From assembly GCA_023920165.1 (NCBI GenBank), contig CP089277.1, positions 2,232,001-2,296,000 on the forward strand: a DNA stretch of 64,000 nt, written 5' to 3'. The notes below the pieces were generated by a model. The model was not told the DNA's origin and made no database searches. It saw nothing but the letters and a program-made list of their open reading frames with translations. Source of the DNA: Curvularia clavata. Lineage: Eukaryota. Positions 25,942 to 37,509 of the stretch are shown piece by piece (position 1 is the stretch's first letter; every line of letters starts with the position of its first letter). The translations under genes were made by a program, and so were the position numbers.

Positions 25942-28741
25942 GTTGGTGTTCTGAGTGGCCGCAATCAGATGCCAATGATCTGGTCGTAGATTGCCGGATT
26001 CTGCTTATCAGGATTGCGGGGTGGTGATGCTGCAATGCGGGTGAGTGGTGTTTGTTTACACGGTGGAGCGCTGTGTTGGCAAGGCAGGAAGGACCCTGTC
26101 TTTTCCTGATTGGGTAAGGCGGGAACAGCACATGCATCCACATGATAGTTCAGTCGCAGTCAACGTCCATGAACGACAAGCGACCTGATTTTCTATTGCA
26201 TATGCTTTTCGCATATACTTCCAAGCTATCAATATGCTGCTGGGTTATTCATGATGCTCACCCTACGTCCTAGCTGCATCACGTGCATTCTCCTACCATC
26301 CCCTCAGCGGGCAGCCTAGTATGGTCATCTCAACCAATTTGCGTAGGCAGGATAAAGGCCGTGCGGACCCTACCATTTCAATTACAAGTGATGCATCAGC
26401 AATAAGCTCAAAGAGCTGATTGGGTTCCTCGTTGTTGTGCACACCTTTTGCGAACCATGACCATCGTGGGGCTGATGAATTGTCATCGAGTGTAGCAGAG
26501 AAACTCTCGTCACAACGCATTGCCTGCCTCAACCCTCGTCTATGGCTCGCCTAGCAAAATGGTCGGCCATTGCTCGCAGCTATACTTTCAAGATATTGGC
26601 AATCTCCAGTATTCCGATCGTATATGCATCATTGCCGAGGCAGCGGGAGCAGCGAAGATAGTGGTTAATACGAGCATTGCTATGCATGCATCCAAAGACT
26701 CCGAGGACGACGAATTTGTCGAGGTCTGTTCTTAGAAGCCTCGTTGTGACTACATTGGCGCTAGTATGTAGGGGTGGCAGCTTCCCCGATGCAAGCCAGT
26801 ATTGGTTTGCTGTTGTTGCAGCTGTTATACGTCAGACTTGAGCAGCCATAAAGCATATTTGCGCGACTACGGACAACAAAGTCGGCTAGACGAAAGCCGT
26901 GCCGGGTTTGTCAAAGTCAGAAGCACGAAAACTTGCTGGGCTAGGTTTTGGGGATCCGCTGTGTTCCATGCGTTTGCCGGGGTGCGTATGTCTGTTCCCA
27001 CCCTTGCGTATATGAGAGGTTCCAAACAACGGCCGATGGATCAATGGACATGAGCCAGCAAAATGGTCAAATCTAGTGAAATGATGCAGTTTGTCATTTG
27101 CTCGTAGCACGTCGGGTCACTTGTAAGAAACAGAGAGTAAGTTTGGGCTTGTCTCTAGGGGCGCCGAACTCTCAGAGCGAGTGGACGTGGACAAGGACTA
27201 ATCACTCTAGGGCAAAGTCGCTTGGCAGGCGTGGCGGAGCGAAGGAAGCGAAGCAGAAACTGACGTATGTGTGACAGTTGGTGTTCCCTCCATGGCCCCC
27301 CCGTTCTCCGTATTGGCAATGAGTCAACTGCGGGCCGCCGAGAAAGCGGAAGACGGGTTTGCACATTTTTTTCTAACGTGTTCTAGCAGGCTGCATGTGG
27401 CGCACAAGTCAGGTAATTCCAGCATTGTGCATTTGAAACGTCAGCAAGCCATGCCTTGGACGTTTCATCCCATTCAAAGGGCCACATGGTCACGGGCACG
27501 TCTTTTTCTTGGGGCGCAAGAAAAAAAAGTAGCCACGAGCTGCGCAGCCGTTGGCCCCGATCAGCAGCGACGGTTGTCGACGTCGGGGTGCCGCGGACAA
27601 GGAACCCCTTTGCAAGTGCGGGTAAGAAACGTGCATGGTTGAGACACGGGTACCTGAGTGGGAGAAGGCACAACGTTTCTGGCGATGGTCTTGCAGGTGG
27701 GCATGCTGCAGGGAGGATTCAACAAGGTGGGCGCCATTGGAGGGAGATAGGGATCATGACGATGGACCCAGCAAGCCACGCCCACGCCCACGACGGGCGG
27801 CGAGGCGAGGCCGACGTGTCGCACCGAGGCCTGGATACTTTGGGTGCTAGGGCTAGCAGCGCAAGCTGTAATGAATGATGCAGTGTACCGGCATGGACAT
27901 GTTAGTGGGCGCAGGGAGCGGACGGGCCTGGAAACGGCAGCATCTTGTTTCTTTTGACGTGGGCGAGAGTTGCTTTTCAGCGGAAGACGGAAAGGAGACC
28001 AGTGACAGAGGGGCGATAAGCTGAGGTGAGGGCGCAGTGTCGAGGGCCGGTACAGGGGCAATGGGGCAGCCCTGTCGACACGGCCTCACGGGGCGGCGGG
28101 TGCGAGGGTGGCGGCCGTGTTGGGCAGCCCCTTGCCACCGGTGGTTGGCCACGGCGAGTGCGAGATCGACGGGACAATCTGCGACGATGCTTCTGGCGTT
28201 CCAGTGCGTGCCTCGACGAGCCCAAGCCTGTCGCGCTGGCGGACGGGCGGGCTGGTGGCATGGCGAGCTGCCTGCCAGCCTGCCAGCCTGCGCTGTCGCG
28301 CCGGTACGTGGGCCAGCATGACGGGCAGCGTATATAGCGCGTGAAAAGCAGCTGCAGCGCACTGACAAGGGACAGCGACAAATGCCCGACCAGTGCAACG
28401 AGTCGAGGTATATTTTTGGCCCTGCCCGGTCCTGTCCTCGTGGTGGGGATCTTCATCTGCGAGGGTCGAGCCCTTCCAACCAAGAATCGAGCCCTGTCAG
28501 GCGCATCCTCCCTTACATCACCGCACACTGCCGCCCTTCTCTTCTCCTCCATTCACTCTTCTCGCCCGTTTCGCCCCCCGCCCGCCGCCAGAGTGCCGCC
28601 CGCCTACCGCCGCCCGACCACCATGCAGCCCAACCACCGCCTGTGTAGCGACTCCAATTCCACATAGTATCTCTTGTCCGCTGCTCCCACACACCCGTTC
28701 GCAGAGCCCGTCGCCGTCGCTCTGGCGCCCACCGATTCCCC

Positions 28742-31264
28742 ATGTGGCTGTTTGGGCGGAGGCGCAGGAAAGCCGCCAAGTTGAGAGACGGTGCCTCTGC
28801 TGCGGCTGCAGACAGGCACTTGCCTGTCGCCGCCAGCACCACTCCGAGCAACAATGGCCCACGCCGAGGCCCCAGCCAGCGCCTGCGCCGCAGAAGGGGC
28901 ACTTCGCGCTCCACCACGACCGCTGCCGTGCCTGACGTCGACAGGGAACCATGGCCCCAGTCGAGCGCCGAAGATATTACTGCCCTACCCGTCCAGCGTC
29001 GCCTCGAGCACAGCCCGCACCTGCGGCCCATAAACCAAGACTACGGCGGTATTCCCTACAACTTCTACTCGCAGTCCCACCCGAGCCCGCCGCCCTCACC
29101 AAAGGGCCGCGCCAGGCTCCACCGATCCCAGTCGGTGCGCAGGGATCCTGTTACAGACTCTTCTCTTATCCGCCGCAAGTCCAGCAAACGCCGCAGAGAA
29201 CATGACCATGTTCGCGAAGAAGAAATCCGTGCCATGTCTCTGGCAATGCCCCAGAAACGCCCTGCCGGTAGCTCTGGGAGCATGCTCCGTAGAGACAGTA
29301 AGAAGGTCAAGGGCGCCTTCAACCACCGCTTTGAACGCCCGACCTCCAACGTTTCGCTGCCCCTCGCCGACTCCATCCATTCCTCCATGTCGGCAGGCTC
29401 AGATAACCGTGCATTCCGAGTGAGTGCACTCGACATGTTCGCTCCCCGACCCACCATTCGTATCTCCTTTGGTTCAAACTATTACGCTGGCGACCGTACC
29501 TCGCCAAACGCACGCAGCGAAAAGTCCGCTCGCCGCGAACGACAGCCCATTAGCAGCGAAGACGAAAAGGCCAAACGAAGAACAAGTAGAATTGACGATC
29601 TTGCCGACAACCTCGATGCTGGAGAACTCCGTGATATCCTGGACCGAGATAAGAGGCGGAGAGAGAAAAAGGCCAAGGCTGAACAAGAGCGTCTACGACG
29701 GAGGTTAGAACGACGTGCCGAGAAGCAAAACGCTGCTGAAGCCCAATTTACACCTACAACTCCCATCAAAGATGAGACAAGCGAACCCGGGCTAGGTATC
29801 GAGCGAGATGCTCCGGTACCCATGGAGGACGTCCGCCCATCGACACCTGTCCAACGACAGCCATTCCAGATGCCCGTTACCCCTCCCTCACGAGTCAACA
29901 ATCAGTTGCCCACACCACTGGAAAGCCCTGTTGAAGAACCCGTAGTATCCGATATTCAGGCTGCTCGCGATTCGCAGGGCAGCGCCTCAACACAAGTACA
30001 CACCCGCGGTGTATCGGATGCTTCTGTACTCCCAGCTCTCCTATCAGAGAAGCTCCCCCCGGACACACCTATCGAGTCTGTGCATTTCCAAGACCCTGCA
30101 AGGAGTGGATCATTGCACCCTGTCGATACCATCGACACTTCGGCAACCTCGAACAAGGGCTCTTCTATGCGCAGGCTCAGCATGGAGGGCAGGCGTCTGG
30201 GCGTGTTTGCTTCCATCTTCCGAAGAAGATCAAAGCGTAATTCGCAAGACCAAGCACAACCTCCGCCTTCTGAGGCCTCGTTTTCCAACACATCACGGGA
30301 ATCTATGTCTCGCCAAGCCATCCCCATCCATCTTGTCGGGACTGCGCCTGTTTCCTCCCAGCCAATGCAGATCAAGAGACCCTCAAGCGTACCTCGACGA
30401 ACCCGATCCAAGTTCAGGGAAGACCTCCCTGAGTTCCCCATCTCTCCTCCTGACTCGCGTGTGCAATCACCAGAAAAACCTTCAGTCAATGCCACTTCGG
30501 ACCGTAAAAGAAGTCAGCATCTCTCAGATATCCGTGTGGGACCACCGCTTATGGGCCGATCTGATTCTCCTGTAAGCCCAGGTGTGCCCACCACTACCAT
30601 GTCGCAATCACTTGCATCAGTCGACTCTGAAGCATCGTGGCTTTCAGGACGACCGCTCAAGCGTGCATCCAACCGATCTCAGATGCGCTCCAGTCTCACA
30701 TCTCCGCCTGTGCTGCGTAACGAAGAATTCAATCCTTCTTACGAAGAGCTGGGAATGGCTGATGACGAGTACTTTAAGAAACTCACAACCGTGCCAGACC
30801 AAGGCCGCTCTCCCTACGGAAACGATGATCGGGGCCGAAGACCCAGCAGCACACTGATGGCGCTCGACACGGCAGTGGAATCCGATGAAGAGACTGAGAC
30901 AGTGGTAGCTTCTCAGCCGTCCGAAGAAGGCCAGCGCGTCCAGAGCGGCGTTGCCCGGCAACCCACCATAGTCTATCGTCGACCGCGCATCAAATCGACT
31001 GAAGGCCTCCTCAGTGTCTTTACTGATGACACTGGGGATAAATCCTCCAGGACGGCCGAACTAGTGACCGACTCGCCCAGTCAAGAGTCACCGACCTCGC
31101 CCACATCCGACTCTGAGCCCATCATGCTGCAACGTGCTAAAAGCGTTGATCTTGGCAAGGGTCACGTCAGGCACCTCAGCGCTGGTTCGGCGAGGCTATT
31201 AGACATTCACAAACGGTCGAGTGTACCGTTGGACAGCAGTAACCCCAGCACAAAGCCCGAGTAA
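28742..31264 (+). CDS. large Ser/Pro/Arg-rich, mostly disordered hypothetical protein (840 aa)
   Basis: Uninterrupted 840-codon ORF from an ATG, with a central coiled coil (DLADNLDAGELRDILDRDKRRREKK). Confidence 0.85.
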   Translation: MWLFGRRRRKAAKLRDGASAAAADRHLPVAASTTPSNNGPRRGPSQRLRRRRGTSRSTTTAAVPDVDREPWPQSSAEDITALPVQRRLEHSPHLRPINQDYGGIPYNFYSQSHPSPPPSPKGRARLHRSQSVRRDPVTDSSLIRRKSSKRRREHDHVREEEIRAMSLAMPQKRPAGSSGSMLRRDSKKVKGAFNHRFERPTSNVSLPLADSIHSSMSAGSDNRAFRVSALDMFAPRPTIRISFGSNYYAGDRTSPNARSEKSARRERQPISSEDEKAKRRTSRIDDLADNLDAGELRDILDRDKRRREKKAKAEQERLRRRLERRAEKQNAAEAQFTPTTPIKDETSEPGLGIERDAPVPMEDVRPSTPVQRQPFQMPVTPPSRVNNQLPTPLESPVEEPVVSDIQAARDSQGSASTQVHTRGVSDASVLPALLSEKLPPDTPIESVHFQDPARSGSLHPVDTIDTSATSNKGSSMRRLSMEGRRLGVFASIFRRRSKRNSQDQAQPPPSEASFSNTSRESMSRQAIPIHLVGTAPVSSQPMQIKRPSSVPRRTRSKFREDLPEFPISPPDSRVQSPEKPSVNATSDRKRSQHLSDIRVGPPLMGRSDSPVSPGVPTTTMSQSLASVDSEASWLSGRPLKRASNRSQMRSSLTSPPVLRNEEFNPSYEELGMADDEYFKKLTTVPDQGRSPYGNDDRGRRPSSTLMALDTAVESDEETETVVASQPSEEGQRVQSGVARQPTIVYRRPRIKSTEGLLSVFTDDTGDKSSRTAELVTDSPSQESPTSPTSDSEPIMLQRAKSVDLGKGHVRHLSAGSARLLDIHKRSSVPLDSSNPSTKPE

Positions 31265-32349
31265 GTGCAAGACGGATGTTTTGCAGAGCTTTTCTTGATT
31301 TCTCTCAACGCGCATGCCTGCCACGCCACGCCATTCATTTTGTCATTTCCTTTGTTCACGCACATTACTCACCAAGTCATTCCTTTACATTTCCTTGACT
31401 GTCTCTTGTCTTTTTGTCCCCTTTTGGCTTGGCTGCATGCGGTTGGTGAATCAAGGAAGCTCTCAAACGGATACAAGCTCTGGCTCGGGACGCTGTGTGG
31501 GCTTGAACTGCTGGTTGCAGATTGCATAGCGTGGCGTTTATTATTTTGTTTCATGATTGCTTTTCGGCGTGTGATAGCACAAGCAGCTACGGTCGGCTTC
31601 TGTGATACCCTCCTTATGGATTGCCATGTTGGTTTGTAATTATTAATTTCTGAGCATTGGCAGAGCTTGGACTCGGGCTGCTTAGCCTGGTGTTTTTCTT
31701 TTATTAAGAGCTGCCAGCTTTTTTGTATTTTAGTCATATGGGACCAAGGAGGTCATTTTAGCACACCCGATAGACCTGGCGTCATGACGACAGCGTGTCG
31801 ATGGCTCTTTTCGCTTTGAAAAGATTGTAATTCTAAGACAAGCTGCACCGACAGCTTTTTACCTCGACGGCTCGGACTAGTTTGTTTCTGATAAGAGTGA
31901 AGATAATTTGACATTGTCGCTGCCCGAACTGGGCAGGAGGACCCTGACGACGTTGGCGGGGCAAACCGGGTGGTCGGCGAAGCACGTCATCCATCACCGT
32001 AGCCCCTCCAGCCGCAGCGTGTACAGTAATCCGCCGCCGCCTTTATCATCGTGCTCGACGCCATCCCCAAGAAACCCCGAGAAGAGCGCTGCCTCACTTG
32101 CCATCACAAATACCCTCATCAGCTTTGCATTGTAAGCAGCCCCCGTCCCATTCCTGTTTGCCTCTTCGCCCTCCTCGGACCCATGACTGCAGCCGTTGTA
32201 GTCTTTGCGCAGGGACTCCGAGGGCTTTGCCGAAAAAAATAGGCCCGCAGCAGTCTGGTAATCGGCAACAGCGGCCAGCTCGCTCCATTGTCCCCAGCAT
32301 TTGAAATCACCTTTCCCTTCTCGTCTCCCTTACTCTGTCTGCATATATT

Positions 32350-32975
32350 ATGTTCGCGCCGTCGTCCTTCAGAGTCGCCAGAACACTGCTTACATCTGCG
32401 CGTCTGCAAACAGCTCCCCTCAACCCCACCTCGACCACCAACCTCTACCGTCCACTCTTCACCCCGCGCTTCTTCTCCAACACCGCCAGAATGAGCGAAG
32501 AAACCAAGCAAGGCGTCCACAACCTCACAACGTAAGTTCCCTCTCTACCGTGTCTGCGACGTTTTGAGCGACGCGGGCGACGTCATAAGTCGTGGACGCA
32601 GCTGACGCGACTCGACTTGTAGCAAGGCCGACTTCGATGCTGCCGTCAACGACAAGGAGACCCTCATGGTCCTCGACTGCTTCGCGACATGGTGCGGTCC
32701 TTGCAAGGTGATTGCTCCTCAGGTTGTCAAGTAAGTTTTCGCCATGGCCCCTAAACCCAAGGATGCGCACCTCACACTGCCCCAGGTTTTCTGAGAAGTA
32801 CCCCAACGCACGCTTCTTCAAGCTCGACGTCGACGAGGTCCCCGATGTCGCCCAGGAGCTCGGCATCCGCGCTATGCCCACTTTCCTTCTGTTCAAGGGC
32901 GGCGACAAGATCAGCGAGGTCGTCGGCGCCAACCCCAAGGCTCTCGAGGCTGCCATCCAGTCCAACTACGAGTAG
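32350..32975 (+). CDS. TRX: thioredoxin with optional N-terminal mitochondrial presequence (second ATG at 32491)
   Basis: Introns 32532-32622 and 32731-32785. [11 protein letters not shown] active site, cis-Pro motif IRAMPTF, and VVGANP. Confidence 0.95.
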
Positions 32976-33303
32976 AGGCCTATGCCTAACACATTCGGAT
33001 CTTTACTGCCAAGTCCGCTCGATTTAGTCTGGCTGGCTCGGTCTCTATATTGCATGGATTTGCGTTGTGCAAAATGGATCTAATAGCGATCTAAATAGGG
33101 AATGCGCAATTACGACAGCATGATTTGCATACCAGAATACAAACATTTCTCACACCCTTGGGTCCCAATACGGTCCGTTTTTGAATAATGTGGTTCGTCG
33201 CAGATCGAGTTGCAGAGTGACATCCATGGACTAGCTCGACTTGGTTCTTTCCTTCTAGGCCCGATCACCAAGAACATATCACCCACAACGACACATGTCT
33301 AAC

Positions 33304-33422
33304 ACATACGACCATAGGCTCGAGGAAGCAGGATTCCCCGTTCGATCAATCATACTTAAGCTCGAGACCGGCGGACTAGTAGTCGGGTGGGTGACCACCG
33401 GCGAATCCCCGCTGTCGTATGT
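33304..33422 (+). rRNA. 5S ribosomal RNA (dispersed copy)
   Basis: 119 nt, ACATACGACCATA...TAGTA...GGGTGACCAC...GAATCCC...GTCGTATGT. Terminal helix ACATACGAC/GTCGTATGT is perfectly complementary. Confidence 0.95.
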
Positions 33423-33428
33423 TTTTTT
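33422..33428 (+). terminator. RNA polymerase III terminator (oligo-T)
   Basis: T7 run at the 3' end of the 5S gene. Confidence 0.85.
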
Positions 33429-33715
33429 GACTGGATTTTTGTACCTGTGTCTTTGCCCATTGATGTAAATGCTCTGCTGGAGGGAGGTACATGTGGAAAA
33501 CAAGACATGGTTTACTTTTTCTGTGTCAAACTTTCGCTTACATCAAACAGTCAGTACGATATGCGATCAGCAGAGGAACGGCATGGTCCGAGAATATGAG
33601 TGGAGTTCAATTTTTGTACATTGGGCTGCTGGCGTAATTAACTCAAAACAAGGTGCATGTTGCGCTCAAAAAAGTCGGATCCTCTGAATAAAGTTGGTGT
33701 GTTGACTGCGGAATC

Positions 33716-34889
33716 TCAATCGAGCTCTTCCACCCAGTCAAGCACCACTTGAGCACCCTTTTCCCACTCAACGTGGTTCTGCAAATGGTGTGCGACTCCC
33801 TTCACAACCTCAAACTTCACGCCATTTGATTCCCCACTCTTATCGTCCTCAGCATGGCCAGTTTGCTCGGGGACACCATCTAGCTTCCTCAATCTGACTG
33901 ACTCCAGAAATGCAGCACGGTATCGTTGCGCAGCATCTCGCAAGAGGGGCGGTGTGCATAGAACGTCAAACTCTGCAGCAAGAACGAGGAGCCTTGATGC
34001 AACACTGATATCTCTCTCCACACCCTGCCTTGGCTGTCGTGGCTTCCACCCTGTGATGGATTGGATGACATCCGGGCCTGTAACGATTGGAGCGAGTGCT
34101 TGCATAGGCCAGAGCATAGACTCATATGGGCTGAGAAGGCGCTCCAAGGCCTTCACAACTGGCGTTGGTGTCGATGGAGTGAAGAAGGGATCGCGAACCT
34201 GCTTGGTCGTTGCAAGTATATATCTCGGATGAAAGAGACGGTAGAAGTAGTTCACAAAGGCCGTACGGGCCCAGAACTTGTAGCATGACCATCTATCCTT
34301 CGTCAGCGACGTTCCAATCCATTCCAGCATACGAGCATGAAGAATGGGAGGAAAAAAAGGGGAGAACTTACGACCCAAACCCCGGCACGGCAGCAAACAT
34401 ACAGAACCCCTGCACCCTCGCCAGCCCCTTCCCAAGCGCCCACTGCCCTAATGCACCCCCCGCCGAATGCGCAATCAACACGACCCTCACCTGCTCCTCC
34501 GTCTTCCTCCTCTCCCCTTCCCTCCTCTCCACCTCTTCAATCCCCGCAACAAGGTCCTCAGCGATCCTACCCCTCGGTGTGAAATACATGCGCCAAAACC
34601 CAGGATACCAGCTCCCGCCGTGTCCGCGGTAGCTCAGCGCATAGCACGGGTAGCCGCGGGCGCTGAAGAAGAGGAGGTAGTTGAGCCAGACGGAGGCGCA
34701 GCCGAAGCCGCCGTGAGCGAAGAAGAGAGGGGGTTTGGAGGTTGGGGTGGTGGGGATGGCGGAAAGGAGTTCTAGCGGACCGGAGGGAGTTTGAATATAA
34801 GAGCGTGATATCCCATCAGGAAGAGGGTTGGGTACAGGTGGGTTAGGAGAGGGGGCGCGCCATTGAAGGATGAAGGGTCCGAAGGTCAT
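33716..34889 (-). CDS. alpha/beta-hydrolase fold protein
   Basis: LFFAHGGFG oxyanion region, LSYRGHGGS, nucleophile elbow AHSAGG, AEFD acid and VAHHLQ His. Intron 34371-34293. Confidence 0.88.
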
Positions 34890-35911
34890 TTTGAGGGCGA
34901 TGCTTTCCCTTTCTCTTTCTTTTTTGTGCCTTTGCTTTCTAGATAACAAGAATGATTAGAGGAAATTGAGCTGTGCAGTGCAGTGCTTTTAATATGTGGT
35001 GGCACTGGCGCCTGGGTCCGTAGGTAACTTGCTTGCAGAGACAGGTTTCACCAAGGTTCAAACCGCTGGTAACAAGGCGGCCGTAGGAAAACTAGTCCAA
35101 GTATAAATGGCTGCGGAAAAGAAAACTTACAGATGGCACATGGTTAGGTTTTCAACAGAGTGGTTCTGGGGTTAGTCCATGCTATTTTTCGACCTGGGTA
35201 CGGCGGAGCGGGGGACGCTTGGCTTGTTCAGCCGCACGTCGTATTGCAGGTCTGGGCGAGCTGACGAGAAAAAAAAGGGCGGTATTGGAAATGCAACTGG
35301 CTGGTGAGGGTAGCAGTGGCTGCAGAAGGTGTTGCACTGGGGGATTAGTCATGGGACGGATGATTGATTGAGTCGGGTGCCAAGGGCATTTGTGAGGTGA
35401 TGATGTGAGACGCAAGTGTAGCAATGGTGAAAGAGAGAGGGCGCTGGTGCATAGCGGTAGGCGGGGTACTGTGCAACGACGCAGGGTTGCATGAAGTTTT
35501 CCGTCGGTATCTAGTTTTTCGAGTAGAAGCATGCGATTTCACTGTTCGAGTGCTTAGTGAAAGTGAATAAGTCAAGAGCCCTGTAACTCGGGGTATTCCT
35601 ACTAACCTCCCGCTTAGAGTCATGTTGATGACAAGGGCTTCAGATGCACTAGACGTTCAAAGCACGAGGTCACAGTATTCTGAGAACAGATGCAATATGT
35701 CACTTTCTTTCATGTACGTATTATCGGATTTTGTATTTTTATGCATGCTGGCGTGACCTTGTTACAACCAGTATGGCAGCATTCTCTAGCCTCAACTCCT
35801 TACGCCTTGATTCTCTACATTCTGCTACCACCTAACCACCAAAATACTGCAAATAGATAGGGATTATGCTGGCATAACTCTATTAAGATCACAGCCATCT
35901 CCTATGCCCAT

Positions 35912-36676
35912 TCAATCCCAAGATCGCCGCTGACGCCTAAGCGGATTCAACTTACTCATAGCACGCTTGACCCTATCACACTTGGAATCTTTACGCTTCA
36001 GGTCTGAAATGTTGTGTAAGCCTCCAAGAGTTGGTTGATACATATCGCTACCAATGGGTTGGGCACGTCCGCGCCGTCGCGAAGATGATGCCTGGGAAGA
36101 TCCCGATGACGCGTTTGAATTTGGACGACGTTCGGGCTGAGAGCGTTTGTTCATGGCTCCAACCCTAGACACGCGAGTGGATTTGGGAGCAGAGACCTCT
36201 GAATGACGCTTGGGCTTGTGTGCATTCAGATTGGCAGGCTGGGGGTTAGTGGTATGAGCATGCTGCCGCCGACAGGAATCCTTTTGCGTCTGCGAGTCTG
36301 GCACAGTCACTGGCTGGCCTTGATCAAAATGGTGCTGCCATACTGGTTGTGGTGACAGTGAGTGCCACGCCGGTAACGGACGTCGTTTTGGCAGAAAATC
36401 TTCTGGTGTTGGCTGGCGGATGGATGCGCTGCGAGAACGATACACCATATGTTCTGAGCTTATACCTTCGTCTCGGTCATGTAATGGGTATGGCGGCGGC
36501 TGGGATATTAGCTGAGATGGGTGGAATGAATTTCTTCCACTGCGTCTCGATACCGTTGAACGAATAAAGTCATTAGGATCGGGCATCTCAAAGTGAGTCT
36601 GAGTCTGGTTCATAGCGTGCATATTTGCAGCGATAGATCCATATGAATAGGAAAGCGGCCGAGATTGGCGGACCAT
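35912..36676 (-). CDS. hypothetical basic, disordered protein (254 aa)
   Basis: ATG-initiated ORF in good context (tcaaatATGG), rich in Ser/Arg/Pro/Gln. No family recognised. Confidence 0.6.
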   Translation of the reverse strand: MVRQSRPLSYSYGSIAANMHAMNQTQTHFEMPDPNDFIRSTVSRRSGRNSFHPSQLISQPPPYPLHDRDEGISSEHMVYRSRSASIRQPTPEDFLPKRRPLPAWHSLSPQPVWQHHFDQGQPVTVPDSQTQKDSCRRQHAHTTNPQPANLNAHKPKRHSEVSAPKSTRVSRVGAMNKRSQPERRPNSNASSGSSQASSSRRRGRAQPIGSDMYQPTLGGLHNISDLKRKDSKCDRVKRAMSKLNPLRRQRRSWD

Positions 36677-37509
36677 ATTTGAAATTGATTTGCAAAGAAG
36701 ATTCCGGAACTAACAGCGATCTTAGTAGAGAGCCTGTTGGAAAGTTGATGTACAAGGAGGTTGTTGCTTTCCGGCGTGTATACTTAATCGGTACACAGAC
36801 GACGACCGACTAGCAGAGCGATTGATTCACGCTGTTGAGTTGAATTATGTTAGTAGCGAAAGGATTAGTTTCTGGGTTTAAAATAGATGGTTACATATCG
36901 CACCGGCGATTAGTGGTAGGTGAAAGGGAGATCCTCGAGTACAACGGTGAAATCAAACTATGCTTCGAACATAAGAGCCATGTAAACTGCTCTGCAGCTG
37001 CACAGCCTTAATGAATAAGGCGACAAAGAACGCGGCGATATTTATATGTAACGGGTCGCAGACGGCTACAGGAAGAGCGCTGTGAGTGACACGTGCCATC
37101 GAGAACATGTGTTGTGAATGCTCCAGTAGAACAAAGAAATCGGGCATTGTTAACGACTTGATGGGGACTTTCCATGCTATTGTATTCGCCCAATTCGCCG
37201 AAACGCAACAACGAAGTGCGATTTTCTGACCGTGAATGCTGTCACAGGTAGACTTCGGGCTCCTCCAGTGAATCGGCATCAACTCCAACAAGCCCTAGCA
37301 TTAAGAACACTAAAGTAAGCAATACAGATTAAAGGTAGTACAAAAGCCTGATTGAGTGAGGTGGTGAGGTAGCTCCGAAGATGAGACTACGTACAGGATC
37401 TGAGCCATGGTGCTATACTCGAACAGGCAAGGCTTGGCAGGCCAAAACAGTGTCCTTGGTGATGAATCAACAATCCCTTTCGCCTTGAGCTTATTTCACA
37501 TCAATCGAA

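Noticed and set aside
26200..27110. Protein-like fragments upstream of NUF2
   Set aside because: All frames are interrupted and no family could be recognised.
27100..28741. Many overlapping 100-190 aa ORFs on both strands
   Set aside because: Explained by high GC; Arg/Pro/Ala-rich translations in all frames.
35054..35064. B-box-like GGTTCAAACC
   Set aside because: No cloverleaf or A-box context, so not a tRNA.
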